Shown here piece by piece: positions 24,461 to 37,986 of a stretch of 64,000 nucleotides of DNA. Positions within the stretch are counted from its first letter, which is position 1. Each line of letters begins with the position of its first letter. The position numbers and the translations under genes are program-made. Under the pieces are notes generated by a model. It searched no databases, had not been told where the DNA came from, and saw nothing but the letters and a program-made list of their open reading frames with translations. The stretch lies in assembly GCA_013239625.1 (NCBI GenBank), contig MU054204.1:86879-150878 (forward strand), in the 5' to 3' direction. This stretch comes from Lama guanicoe. Its lineage: Eukaryota.

Positions 24461-27014
24461 GGGCATTTGGACATCATTCCCACATGGCCCAAGCCAGGCT
24501 TTTGTTTGCTTTCTCAACTCACTCCACCCTCCCATCCTCCAGTAATCTTTCCTAGAGGCCCACCCATATATCTGCCCCACCCAGCCTGAAAAGGAATCCT
24601 CTAGCAGGCTGTCTGGTGAGGAACTGCCCTTTCCTTTCAGACCCTGACATCACATATTTCCTGCAGCAGGGTGGGGTTGCTAAGGATCAGAGCCAGGAAG
24701 GGTCTGCTCAGAACCTTTCAGGAAAATGGTTGACTCACACATCCTGCGTGATTGAACCTGGAATAGCTCTCCAGGCAAGTTCGATTCAGCTGGTTCATCT
24801 CCTGATGGAAAAGTTCAGGCCCTGCTCTCTTGTCATTCATTTCTGGATCCTTTCCAGAGTCCCTAGGTGCCAGTATGTCTCACAGTCAGACCAGGATACC
24901 GGCCTAATTTTAGGCATCCTCCTTTCTAGCCTCATTATCATCAGTACAAAATTGATTTGTGCAGCTTTCTGCTGCACTTAGGAGTGAAATTCAAATCGCC
25001 TGTAATGGCCTCCAGGTCCCTGCCTCTCATCAGCCTCATATCCTGCTGTTCCCCACAATCTCACTAAATTCCGCCCATCCTGACCTTCCTTCTGTTCAAG
25101 TCAGACAAGCTTGTTTCCACCCATTAGGCTACCGCCCATGTTGCCTGTGCCTAAATCAGACTGCTCTCTAACTGCTCTTATGGCTAGCTTATCTTACAGA
25201 CCTCCGCACAAATGTTGACTCTTCAGAGATGCCTTCCCTGACGATCTCCTGCAAAGGGAAGTTTTCTTTGATATCAGAACCACCTATTCTATTCTTTGAT
25301 AGCACTTGCCACAATTTACAACCATCTGGGTTTACTTCCCTGTCTCACCCACGAGAGCCATGCCAATCTTGATCCCATCCCATAAGCTGGCGTCTAGAGC
25401 GATGCCTAGCACTTAGCTGTTGCCAAATCGATTATGTGTTGAGGGAATCTCCACCCACGCCAAGTTATTTTCTTTTCCTTAATCAGAGTGCATTGCCCTT
25501 CCCTGTGTGCATAGTCTCGTTACTCCTTCCACAAAGTACAGCTCAAATACCACCTCCTCCATGAGTCCTTCCAGCTGTCTCACTGTTTCCCACTCCGTGC
25601 TGTAAGCAGCAACCCATTTCTTCTTTGGAGTCCTGGGAGCCCTACTACATATCCTTTTCAAAGCATTTGCCGTGCTGTAACACCATTATGTGATTATTTA
25701 TCTATCTGTTCTATTAGAGTAGGTCAGGGAAGCAGTTATTGGCCTCTTTATACCCAACCCAAACACCATGCTTGGTAATCAGTTAAAATCAGTTAAGCCA
25801 TCAGCACAACAGGGTAATTAAAAGCACAGGCTCTGGAGCCTGAAAGCCTGGGTTAGAAGCCCACCTCTATCAATTACTATGTTACATCGAGCCTTGGCCT
25901 CTCCACCTATAAATTGGGTTCATAGCACCGACTTCTTAGGTTAGCGGGGATAATTAAGGAAGACAATGTTTGTAAAGTATTTTGCCCAATGCCTGACACG
26001 TTGTAAGCTCTCACTAAAGGTTAGCTAGGAGAATGGTGGTGGTTTTACTTGAAGAGAGGATAAAAGAGTTTCATCTCTGCGACTAGCAAAGGCTTAAGAT
26101 TGACCTCACCAGGTTCCTAAGATTTCCTTGAAGTTGATGACTATCTGCGTTCCTTAGAGAGCCCTACATTTCAGGAGCCCAAGGCTGCCCTAGAACAGCA
26201 TCTAATACAGATGTTTAAAGTAGAAGCCACCATGATGGAAACAAACAAAAAATTCCAAATATATACTTTTTGGTACCAAAACCCCAAAGGAGCAACATGG
26301 TCTCCATTAAAAAAAACTGCTTAGTATACAAGGATATTGGGGTACTGCATTGAAACACCTAAGTAGTTATGGACAGACTTTAGAGTCAGACAGACTTGAG
26401 CTCAAATCCTATCTCTGCCACCCACAGTCCTTGTGACTTCTGCAGGTTATTTAACCTCTCTGGGCTTTAGTTTTCTTATCTTTAAAAATTAGGCTAAGTG
26501 CTCCATGACAGCTAGTGAGACTAGCTGTCAGTAAGGATTAAATACAATAGCAGATGCTCACGGAGCCTGGTATACAGACTCAGATGTTTGCCTGTTTCTG
26601 TCCTCTCTGACACCTTGTAAGTTTCCTAAACTCAGCATCCTGTACTCTTTGACTTCTAAGAATAAAACACAAACAGGAACATACATGGAGATTTCTTGAT
26701 TATACTTTTCCACGATATAACAAACAGTAAGACTTTCTTTGAAAGATAGGAGCTGATGTGTCAATCAGTTGCCCTGGGGCCTGGGAGAGATTCCTCAGGT
26801 CAGCCCCAAGGCAATCTGTTCTTAAATTGGGGCCTAAAGGGAAACAGGCTGGGAGCAGCTTATCCCAGGTTTACCATCCTTTGAAAACCAAGCCTGAGAA
26901 AACCACTTGCCCGCCAGGCAATGAAGCCCGACAATAAATTCACAAATCCCCTTTTCTCTACACTCTTCTTCCCCATTTTCCTCCCCTCCAGGACAGTATG
27001 GTCTGATAACTCAC

Positions 27015-27342
27015 CTCTGAGATACCTTGCTACATTTGCCAACGGCTTCACCAGCCTCACCATGGTGGCCCCGATGGTGCGGTTCTCCCTAGGGTACCCA
27101 TGCGTATCAGCTGAACGCTGGTACAACTCCAGCATATACCGCAAGGGATGCCCTAGGACCGGTGGCTTCCTCTGCTGCTTGCCAGGGACTTCTTCCAGCA
27201 GCTCCCGAATCAGGGGCAAAGTAGTGGCCTCAGGCAGGAGGGCAACAGAGGGCTGCTCTACCTGTGTCATTTGGACCATGTGTTCCATAAAAAGCACCAG
27301 TCCCCAAAGAAGAAGGATTCTAAGGATGCCGAGAAGGAGCAT
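27015..27342 (-). CDS. BMP15: Bone morphogenetic protein 15, coding exon 1 (signal peptide and start of prodomain)
   Basis: ATG at 27342 in context TTCAAGATG gives [21 protein letters not shown]...[15 protein letters not shown]...[15 protein letters not shown], a recognisable BMP15 N-terminus. Ends at donor AG|GTGAGT; 328 coding nt, phase 1. Confidence 0.98.
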
Positions 27343-27814
27343 CTTGAAAGACTTGGTGTTCAACCGCACGTCCTGGCACAAGCCCAAAGGATGCCACTTT
27401 GACTTTTTCCTTTCACAAAGATAACAGCATCCAGGCTCCACTACCACAAAAGAGAGGACAAGAGAAAAATGAAAGGCAGGCAGGCAGGTCCTATGTTACT
27501 TGCTCTGGGAAGATCTCCTGGACCAAAATGAGGTCTCCTCTTTGCATCAAAAGAAGCAGAAACAGCAGGTGAGACAAGGCAGCATGCCCCTCCTGCTCTC
27601 CAGGACTGGGAACAAAATCATACTTATTTGGAGGCTGAGGTAGCTTAAAAGGAGAGATCCATCGCAGGACCTGCTCCCTTACCTTATCCACTAGGATGAA
27701 AAGAAGCAGCCCTAGCCTGCTCTGCTCCACAGCTTTGAAGGTAGTCTCTTAATCAGTCCTTAAAGGGCCAGAGGCCTGCTGCTCGCATCCCATTTCCATG
27801 CATACTTTTCCTAA

Positions 27815-28216
27815 TACGACATTCCCCAAAATGTGCTCCGCTAAGGACTTGCAGTGAAACTATTGGAGGTGATTGTTAAGAATTCAGGCTTCCAGGTCGA
27901 GACCAAAACATGGACTCCCTGGGACTGGGCTCCAGAAACCTGAATCTTAACAAATACACCAAGAAGTTCCTATAAACACTAAAATGTGGAAACCACTGTG
28001 TGGGTGTGGTTGCTGGAGTTTGAAGAAGGTGCCTTAACAGTGGTTCTCAATCTTGACTCTGCACTGGAATCACCTGGGAAGCTGTAACTATTGTGGATGC
28101 CTGGGTACCATCACCAGAGATTCTCATGTAGTGGGTCTGGGGTGTTACCAAGGCATCAGAATTTTTTTTTAAGTTCTGCAGGTGACTTTAATGTGCAGCC
28201 AAGTTTGAGAATCCTG
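27815..28216. mobile_element. Two MER5-family MITEs about 0.5-0.9 kb upstream of the BMP15 ATG
   Basis: cagtggttctcaa...gaatcacctggga...aatgtgcagccaagtttgagaatcctg (28038-28216), and a more decayed copy ending ggaaaccactg (~27998). Confidence 0.75.
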
Positions 28217-29061
28217 ACTTAGAACTTTCTGGTTTTTCCCATGGAAGGGGTTGCGATTCTGAGTGCACTTCATCAGAGAAGCCTGGGGCAGTGGAAGATG
28301 AATCTGTGGAAGTTGGCTGGAAGCTCACCTAGCTTGGCTGGTTAATGGAAGGCATCAGGGCTGAGCCAGTTAATGCTACCCAAGACCAGGATTCCATAGA
28401 AAAATGGTAAGTGTAGTCCTGGCTCTTTCCAAGTAGAAGCAGTTTGCTGGATGAGGCTCTAATGAGAAGGTGGGGCAGGAGCTCAAGATGTGTCTCCTGT
28501 GGAACAGGCGTGGACCTTGTAAACAGACAGGACCTGTGTTTGAATTGTGATTCTGTCTCTTATTAGCAGTCATTTAACCTCTCAAGGTAAATCTCTTTGT
28601 TTCCCTGAGCGTTAGTCTCCTCACCTGTAAAATGGAGAAAAGATGTTTTTTCTCACAGCTTGTTGTGAGGATTCAAGGAAATAACCTATGTTAATTCCAC
28701 AAAACCTAATTAGACACATGATATATGGTTACATGCTCAAAATTATTTGTTCCCTCCCTCTGTTTTTTCTAACATGGCCTTGGTCCCCAGCATGTATTGC
28801 AAAACAAAAGGCCTGGGCCCTCTAGGTCTGGACTCAGTCCCAACTCAACAACCTATTAACTGGTGACCTCAAGCAAGATTTCTCCCATCCTGAGTTTCTT
28901 CATTTGTACCTCTGGCTCCTACAGAGAGTTATTGTTGTCAGTGTTGTGTACATTTTTATTGCATACAATGATATACAAGCAAGGAATATAAGTGGATGAG
29001 TCACGACAGGCAAAATCTGAACGGCCAAAACATGAAAAAATGTAAAATAAATAATTTTCTG

Positions 29062-29140
29062 ATGGGTATAGCTCAGTAGAAGCGAACATGCTTAGCATGT
29101 ACAAAGTCCGAGGTTCGATCCCTAGTACCTCCATTAAAAA
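29062..29140 (+). mobile_element. tRNA-Ala-derived SINE (vic-1-like)
   Basis: gggtatagctcagtag...catgcttagcatg...ggttcgatccctagtacctcca followed by an A tail; A and B boxes present. Confidence 0.8.
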
Positions 29141-30706
29141 AGTTTAAATGCAACTTAAAACCACATAAGATACGATTCTACACCCATTGGATTGACAACA
29201 TTAAAAGTCTGATGCTATTAAACTCAGGTGAGGATATAGAATGCAGGTAACTCTATTACACTGCTGGTGGGAAGGTAACTTGGTACAATCATTTTAGAGA
29301 GTAAACTGGCATTATCTCTAGTGAGTTTGAAGATGTATAATTCAGCAGATGTATAATTCAGCTAGAACAGTAGCTTTTAGACATTTTTTAGACTTTTTAA
29401 GACATTTTTTAAACATTTTTTATCTGTGATTCACAGGAATAAATATATCTTAAATCAAACCCAATGCAAACACAAGCACAGACACTCACACACACACATA
29501 CATACTTGAAGTAAAGATTTCCTGAAACAATTCTTATACTTACAACATATTGGGAGGGATAATATATCATGATGAGTAAGAACACGGGTCTGGAGTCAGA
29601 ATCCTACATTCAAATTCCAGCTCTACCACTTACTAGCTTGACCTTGGGCAAGTTACTCAACTTCTCTGTGCCTCACTTTCCTCATCTGTAAAATGAAAAC
29701 CATGGCCTCTTTCAGCTTCAGTTTTCTAAGACATATGTAAAATGGGATTAATCAAAAGACTTATCTCACAGGATTTTTATATTAAATGAGTTAATACATG
29801 TAAATCACTTAAAAGAGTGCCTGGTACAAAGAAAGTACTAGACAGGTTAATTATTGTTACATTTGATGCAAGTTGTGCTCTGCAAAATACTGGGCTCATG
29901 CTGAAGTGGTAATTCTGGCCTCATGAGGTATGGAGAGGCAGCCAAGATGTTTCTCTGTTCTCTATGTCCATACTTCTCCATCCTCTCTTACCCTCTTCTC
30001 TGCCTCCTGACATTCTCTTTGGCCCTTGACCTCTGTCTGTTACCAATTTTCACCTCCTATTTTCTAATGAACATAACTAAATAAAAGAGCAAATTGTCAG
30101 GAAAACTAGCAAATGATCCATATAAAAGTTTTGGTCATAGTTTTCTTTGATGTTTCTGTGATATTTGAGTGGGATTATATCTGTCAAGAACATTTTTTTT
30201 TCCGTAGTAGTGAGATTTTGATACAGGAGCAAAAGAAGTAAAAAGAGACAACATATTACACTGGAAAGAACATGATTGGGGTTAGAATCCCTGGTTCTGC
30301 CATTTTTGTCTGTTTCTTCACCTCTCTGCATCTCAGCTTTCTTAGTTGTAAATTGAGACTATTCTTTAGGGCTGTGATGAGATTTAAATGAGATCATGTA
30401 AATAAAGTATGTAGCATATAGATAATCCTAAATGAATGTTAAATTTTATCATTACTAGCCTATGATTTTATAGCATATGTAAAGTGTACCTGACTGAAGG
30501 AAATATCCGCTCAGCATCCTTCTAAAGTTCAACTAAATTTTTATTCCATCTCTCTGCTCACCAAGGCTTCAGGAGACTTGCCTGATTGAATAGGTCAGCT
30601 TTCTTAGTCACAGAAAAATGTCCAATTTCTTATTTCAGAAAAAGATCCCCAAACTAACTCCATTCTTCACTAGAATTGAAAGAAGTTGTCATGAGTGTTT
30701 CCTGGA

Positions 30707-30830
30707 AATGCCCCCTGGTGGGCCTGATGTATGCTAGTGCCCCAAATTCCCAGAAGAGGGCACCAACTTTCTTCCCAGCCATATGGTTGGGAGGATTGGG
30801 TGGAGGGGCCGGTTATAGGTGATTGGAACA
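30707..30830. promoter_or_regulatory. Candidate regulatory element: two divergent CTCF-like motifs, two CCAAT boxes and a GC/GT box
   Basis: CCACCAGGGGGCAT (minus, ~30708-30721), CCAGAAGAGGGCACC (plus, 30750-30764), ATTGG at 30795 and 30822, gggtggaggggc between them. Motif match only. Confidence 0.5.
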
Positions 30831-33243
30831 AAACCTACTAAAGGATATTTACCAGGCCTTTCTGCTTTAGAAAAAGCCAGTATGTGAAAACACTAATTGT
30901 GTAAATTGGACAGTTTAGGAGGTGATTATTGACATGACAAAAAAGGTTCTTGACATAAAAAAATGGGTCACTACCCGTTGCTTTGAGCAGCAGGGAACCT
31001 TAATGCACAGTGTGGGTTGGCTTTTCAAACTAGAATGTGCTGGGCACACTGGTAAAATACAGGAAATTTACAAAAGAGTAGATTTTTATCCAATTTTTGG
31101 GAGCATGACTATTGTTTAAGGGATGCATGTAGAATGGATTCCTTCTTTTTACATGCTTATGATTTACATATCCTTGTAGTTGTGTTTGTTCAACAAATAT
31201 CTAATAAGCACCTCCTATGTGGTTGTGTAAGGTGTTAAAGTTGCCAGCCTATTGCCGGACTGCCTGGGTGCAAATTCTAGCTCTACCACTTAACTACCTT
31301 TGTAATTTTGGCCAATTGACTTAGTCTCTCTGTGCCTCAGTTTCCTCATCTGATAACAAAGATAATAATAGTACTATTTTAGAAGACTATTGTGAGGATT
31401 AAATGATTTAATGCATGTAATAAGCATACTATGTTCTAGACACTATACTAGACCGTAGGAGTACACAAATTAATAAGACAAGTTCTCTGTCTTTAACACT
31501 CCCAGTACCATGCTAGGCACTGAGGTAGGTTGGTGGAAACCAAGAAAAAAGCAGATAGTTTCTATCTCAAGAAGATAATAATCTTATAGGGACATAAAAG
31601 ATAGGAAACATTTCCCATAACCTTAATATTTCCTCTGATTACTCTTCTGAGTTCTTAAAATGGACCTATTTTCTAGATGTTCTGTTAAAAAAAATCACTG
31701 TCCTTAAAATAGAGTATGGTATATTTTATAGAAATAGTTATTAATTTGGCACTAAACTATATCCTTTTACATATTATATCTCATTTTACTTTCCTATCAA
31801 CTCTGTGAGTTAAGCATTAGTAGTCCCATTTATAGGTAAAGAAGCTGAAGATCAGAAAAGGATACTTGCCCAAGGTTGTACAGCTCTCAAATAGTTGAAT
31901 CCACTGGGATTTGGACTCAAGTCAGGCTGACCTCAGAGCCCCTCTCTTTGTATCTTGTAAGTTGTTATATAAGCTGCCAATGAGCATTTAGCCCCCTAAG
32001 AAGACTCGGTTCCCCTATAAGGTAATCCCACATGGATGCAGAATTTTACCTCTCATCATTGTTTATAGACCATATCACTCCAAGGCAACCAGATGGTCAT
32101 GTTTTATTTTAGCCAAGTAAGCAAGCAAGAGCTAAGCATGATATACTCTGAAGATCCTTTTGGCCTCAGGGACAGCATTACCTGGTGTAGCCTTTGGAGG
32201 TTTGGGTCATTTCTGGATAATTTAGTCATCAGTAATCATTGATCACAATTCCCATTCTCTGGCCTCCCTCCATGTGGTCCCAGTAGCTACCTGTATTTCT
32301 TTAATTTGATAATAAAGCAAATGGCTAGGTAACTGACTTCCTACATAAGAGATAGGGAGACTATCCTTCCCTTGAAAGTCCTACAGATACTGGCTGCATA
32401 CGTATCACTCCATCTGCTATTATATGTCAGCTTCACAGGGGTTGGGCATGGCTGAATACCAATGGCTCCTGGGCCAGAACAATTCAGTACAAGGAAGACA
32501 TTCTGGATGCTTGGATCAGGGAAGAAGGAGGTTAAGAGTCACCTCTTCAAAGACTCATCAGCTATTCTCCTGCTCTGAAGGTTTGCAAGCCCTGCCCTCA
32601 TCCTAGAAGTAAAGTTTGGTGTTGAAAAGGAAAATATCTAGAACTTGGACCTATGCCAAGCACTTGAGATCAACAATGGGAAGTATAAGGGATTATTTTA
32701 GAATGATCACTTTCTCTCTCTAAACAAATCCTTGACACAGTCCTGCTGAGTCAGACAGGGCTAGAATGACTTTATCTTACTTTTAACTTCTGATGTCAGG
32801 AAGAAAATATTCAGGTTGATGTTTCTTCTTCACGGTCCATAAGAAGTATTCCCTTACCCTACTACTGTGACATGACTTCTGGAAAGATAAGAGATAAGCC
32901 CCCATGGACCTGGGAGCCAGAATCTGGGACATGGACACTGTGGGTCATGAGGTTCGGAGGTACAGATTCCTTGTCTCAGCCTTTACACCTTAGAGTCTAA
33001 TCTTTACTGCTCCATTGGGGCCATGAAGAGAGTCCAGTTTCATCTCTAACACTGAAACCAAAAATTGAAGAAGAAAGCATATCTGTGAAAGATAAATTAG
33101 TTGCATAAACTTGGAGACATTCCAAAACATCAGCCAAATTTCTGAGCACACCTCAAATCTTTTGGATTCTTAGGAAAATCTAGTGACCATTTTAAGGCTA
33201 TTTTTCTCTTTATCTCTTCTCAGGTTGAAGAAAAGCTGATAGA

Positions 33244-35366
33244 TTCTATTTGACATAGTATTGGAAGTCCTAGTTACAGCAATCAGACAAGAAAAAGAAA
33301 TAAAAGGCATCCAAATTAGAAGGGAAGAAGTAAAATTGTCACTATTTGCAGATGACATAATACTATAAATAGAAAACCCTAAAGTCTCCACCAAAAACTA
33401 GTAGAGCTAATAAACAGATTCAGTAAAGCTGGAGGACACAAGATTAATGTACAGAAAGTTGTTGCTTTTATATACACTAATAATGAACTATCAGAAAAAG
33501 AAAGAAAGAGAACAGTCTCACTAAAAATCACATCAAAAAGAATAAAATACCTAGGAAATTAACTAAGAAGGTGAAGATCTATACTCTAAAAACTATAAAA
33601 CATTGATGAAGGAAATTGAAGGTGATACAAAGAAATAGAAAGATACCCTGTGTTCATGGATTGGAAGAATTAATACTGTTAAAATTTCCATACTGCCCAA
33701 AGTGATCTACAGATTTAATGCAATCTCTATCAAAATACCCATGAATTTTTTTAGAGAACTGGGAGAAATAATCCTAAAATTTATATGGAACCATAAAAGA
33801 CCCCGAATTGCCAAAGCAATCTTAAGAAAAAAGAACAAAGCTGGAGGTATAACCCTCCCAGACTTCAGATTATACTATAAAGCAATAGTAATCAAAACAG
33901 CATGGTACAGGCATAAAAACAGACACATAGATTAATGGAACAGAATAGAGAGTCCAGAAATAAAACCGCATACCAATGATCAGTTCATCTACAACAAAGG
34001 AGGCAAGAATATACAATGGAGAAAAGACAGTTTCTTTAATAAGTGGTGCTGGGAAAACTGTACAGCTACATGTAAAAGAATGAAATTAGAATATCTTCTC
34101 ATACCATATACAAAAATAAAGTCAAAATGGATTGAAGACCTAAATGTAAGACACAAAATCATAAAGCTCCTAGAAGAGAACATAGGCAGGACACTCTGTG
34201 ACATAAATTGTAGCAGTATTTTTTTTGGATCAGCCTCCTAATGCAAAATAAATAGAAGCAAAAATAGACAAACAAGACCTAATTAAACTTAGCACAGCAA
34301 AGGAAACCAATGAGAAAACGAAGACAACTCATGGAGTAGGAGAGTATCATCTGCAAATGATATGACCAATAAGGGGCTAATATCCAAAATATATAAACAG
34401 CTCATACAAATATCAAAAATATCAGAATATCAAAAAACCTAAACAACCTGATTAAAATATTGGCAAAAGGTCTGAATATACATGTTTCCCAAGAAGACAT
34501 AGAGATGGCCAACAGACACATGAAAAAATGCTCAACATTGCTAATCACCAGAGAAATGCATATCAAAACCACAGGATATCACTTCACACCTGTCAGAATG
34601 GCTATCATCAAAAAGAACACAAATAACAAATGTTGAAGAAGGTGTGGAGAAAAGGGAACCCTTGTACACTGTTGATGGGAATATAAATTAGTGCACCCAC
34701 TGTGGAAAACAGTATGGATATTCGTCAAAAACTAAAAATAGAACTAACATATAACCCAGAAATTCCACCCCTAGGTTTGTATCCAAAGAAAATGAAAACA
34801 CTAATTTGAAAAAATACATGTACGCCAATGTTCATAGCAGCACAATTTACAATAGTGAAGACATGGAAGCAACTCAAGTTCCCATCAACAGATGAGTGGA
34901 TAAAGATAGATATATATATATATACACACACACATATATAACTAAGCCACAAAAGAGAATGACATTCTGCCATTTGCAACAATATGGATGGACCCAGAGA
35001 ATATTATGCTTAGTGATATAAGTCAGACAAAGACAAATATTCTGTTATCACTTATATGTGGAATCTAAAAAATAAAATGAATGAATATAACAAAACAAAC
35101 TGACTCACAGATATAGAGAACAAACTAGTGGTTTACCAATGAGGTGAGAGAAGTGGGGAGGGGCAATATAAGAGTAGGGAATTAAGATGCACAAACTACT
35201 ATGTATAAAATAGTGGAGCAACAAGGATATATAGTACAGCACAGGGAAATACAGCCATTATTTTATAACAACTTTAAGTGGAATATAATCTTTAAAAATA
35301 TTGTATACCTGAAACTAAAATATTATTGGAAATCAGGTATAATTCAATAAAAAAAAGGAAAGAAAA
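33244..35366 (+). mobile_element. 5'-truncated L1 (~2.1 kb, RT domain to poly(A))
   Basis: SLFADD region of [30 protein letters not shown] aagaaaagctg(a/g)t(a/g)ga at 33228-33243 and 35367-35382. Confidence 0.95.
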
Positions 35367-35609
35367 AAGAAAAGCTGGTGGAAATCCCTTGGAGAGGTCT
35401 TGGGGCAAAAAAAGAATATGGAAATATAGTAGTCAGCTCCAACTTGGGAAATGGTTATAAAAATCTTGGGAACTTTGAGAACTTCACTGAGTTGTCAAAA
35501 ACAGATCTCAATCTTTCAGACTATCAACTTATCAGACCCTGAACTGAGCCTCTCAAATTCAGAAGACCCTTCTTTAATAGTGGACTATATGCCCTTTGAG
35601 AAAAACTTG

Positions 35610-37400
35610 TATTCATTCACTCATTCATACCTATATTGACTGAATGAGTATTTACTAACTACCTACTGTGTGTTAGTTCTCAGTGTGGAGGACACAGAAG
35701 AGAACAAAAGTGATAGTGTCCCTGTCCTCAAAGAGTTTACAGTCAAGTAGGGGAGACAGGCAGTATGTAGACATCCTCAAAAATGAATAAATATTTAAAA
35801 TTATAATGGAGTGCTGTGAAGAAAAATTAGGGGCCACCCTGGGGGTGTAATTCAGCAGGAGATGAAGGCGTGATGGAAGAGCCAGTTTTGTCAGATGGGT
35901 CTGGTAGGTCCATCCAAGGAAGTGACATTTAAATTGAGACATAAATGTTAAGTAGGAGTTCACCAGGTAAAATCTAGGGGGAAGAATGTTCGAGGAAGAG
36001 GATACATCAATATAAACTACTCAGCCATTAAAACCGACAACATAATGCCATTTGCAGCAACATGGATGCTCCTGGAGAATGTCATTCTAAGTGAAGTAAG
36101 CCAGAAAGAGAAAGAAAACTACCATATGAGATTGCTCATATGTGGAATCTAAAAAACAAAAACAAAAACAAAAACAAAAACAAAAAAACAAAGCATAAAT
36201 ACAAAACAGAAATAGACCCATAGACATAGAATACAAACTTGTGGTTGCCAAGGGGGCGGAGGGTGGAAAGAGATAGACTGGGATTTCAAAATAGTAGAAT
36301 AGATAAACAAGATTATACTGTATGGCACAGGGAAATATACACAAGATCTTGTGGTAGCTCACAGAGAAAAAAATGTGACAATGAATATATGTATGTTCAT
36401 GTATAACTGAAAAATTGTGCTCTACACTGGAATTTGACACAACATTGTAAAATGATTGTAAATCAATAAAAAATGTTTTAAAAAAAGACTCTGAGGCAAA
36501 AAACCAAACCAAACAAAAACCACCTGTGTGTCCTCAAGGAATTGAAGGAAGGCAAATTTGGCATGAGCACAGAATATGAAATGAGGCTTGAGAATTCAGC
36601 AAGGGTCAAACCATGCAGTGACTATTTAGACAACATCAGTTATTTTGTATTTGGGAGAGGAAGGTCTTAAGAATAACTGAATTCTGGTGTGCTTCATTGG
36701 AAGAATGGTAGTCTTTTTATTGAGTTGCAAAGCACTGGAAGAAGAGCAACTTTAGATAAAAGATAATGAGTTTGATTTTGGACATTAACTATTTCAAATG
36801 CATGTTAAGTAAGCAATTGCATATACTACTTTAAAGTTCAGAAGAGAAATCTAGAAATACTGAATTGGGAGTTATTGGCATATACATTATTATTGAAGAC
36901 ATGGGAATGGTTGAGTTCATCTGGAGGAGAAAGTTCAGAGTGAGAAAATGAGAGAGTCTAGGGTGAAACTTGGGTGATTCCAATATTTTAAGATTGAGAA
37001 GAGGTCAGAGGGCCAAAGAGGCAATAGGGGAGCCAGGAGGAGGCTGAGCTTAGAAGCTAAAGAAAGACAATGTTTCAAGAAGGAAATGATGAACTATATT
37101 GAATTACGCACAGAAGTAAAGAATATGAGAACAAACAAGTGACCATTGGATTTAGCATCAAGGTCATTGATAACCTGAGGGAGAGCTGTGTTTGGTGAAG
37201 TAGTGGTAGCACTAATCTGATTGTATTGGGTTTGGGAGTGAATAGGAGGTGAAACAATAAAAAAGTGAGACTAGAAATTCCTTTCAGAAGTTTGGTTGTA
37301 AATGAGAAAAATAGAGATAAAGTGATAGCTCGAGGAATGTGTGGGATCCAGGAAGTGTTTTTAATGGGAGAAACTCGTAAGAGCTGATGGGAAAGTATCA
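35610..37400. mobile_element. L2 LINE fragment, interrupted by a young L1 3' end at ~36017-36486 (plus)
   Basis: L2 end (attcattcactcattca, tgccccctgtcctcaa-like motif, gaccattggatttagca); the L1 insert is near-identical to 52274-52681. Confidence 0.8.
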
Positions 37401-37865
37401 TGTACCAACTCTATTTTTCAGGCTCCAAGGACCATAAATTAATCAAGGTTAGGCTGTAGATAGAATGCTTGGGCCCACTGCCAACAAAAGCAGATTCCCT
37501 TGAGGTGTTCCTAGCAGACACAACTGTACTGTTGTTCTTGGTTGCTTTTAAATAAGCTACACTTTAATTTCTCTGATGACTCTTATAAAGGAAGAGGGGT
37601 TTTCCTATAACTTTTATAGGCTAAGGACCTGTTTTTTGCTTGGATGATATTTGAAGCTGTCTTTAGTTTTTCTCAACATTATTCATACTGTGACTACTTG
37701 AGTAACCTTTCTAAATTTACATCTGATCATGTCACTGTCCTGGGCTTAATAAATTTCAACTATTCTCCTCTACCTTCAAGATAAAGTCCTAAACTCCTCA
37801 GAATGACAAGAAAGGCTCTTTCTTTTTTTTTTCAAGCTTAACTCTTTTTAAAATTCTTTCTTTTA

Positions 37866-37986
37866 GGGGCAGGGGGTAATTAGGTTTATAAATAAATAAA
37901 TAAATTTAATGGAGGTACTGGTGATTGAACCCAGGATCTTGAGCATGCTAAGCATGTGCTCTACTACTGTGGTATGCCCTCCACCC
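37866..37986 (-). mobile_element. tRNA-Ala-derived SINE (vic-1-like)
   Basis: ggggtaattaggttta...atggaggtactggtgattgaacccagg...catgctaagcatgtgctctactactg. Confidence 0.8.

Noticed and set aside
26921..27424. 167-aa ORF antisense to BMP15 exon 1, and the overlapping ORFs around exon 2
   Set aside because: Shadow frames of a real coding exon, with no independent support.
27343..27447. 35-aa N-terminal extension of the BMP15 exon 1 ORF in the ORF track
   Set aside because: It starts at GTG; the ATG at 27342 directly precedes the signal peptide. The ORF's 3' extension runs through the splice donor into intron.
29331..29420. 16-bp tandem duplication and short gacattttt repeats
   Set aside because: Ordinary slippage in decayed repeat sequence; no repeat-spacer structure, so not CRISPR-like.
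33702..34204. L1 ORF2-like ORFs here and at 5138, 7672, 17009, 50932 and 63073
   Set aside because: Fragments of truncated, mutated LINEs; no intact ORF2.
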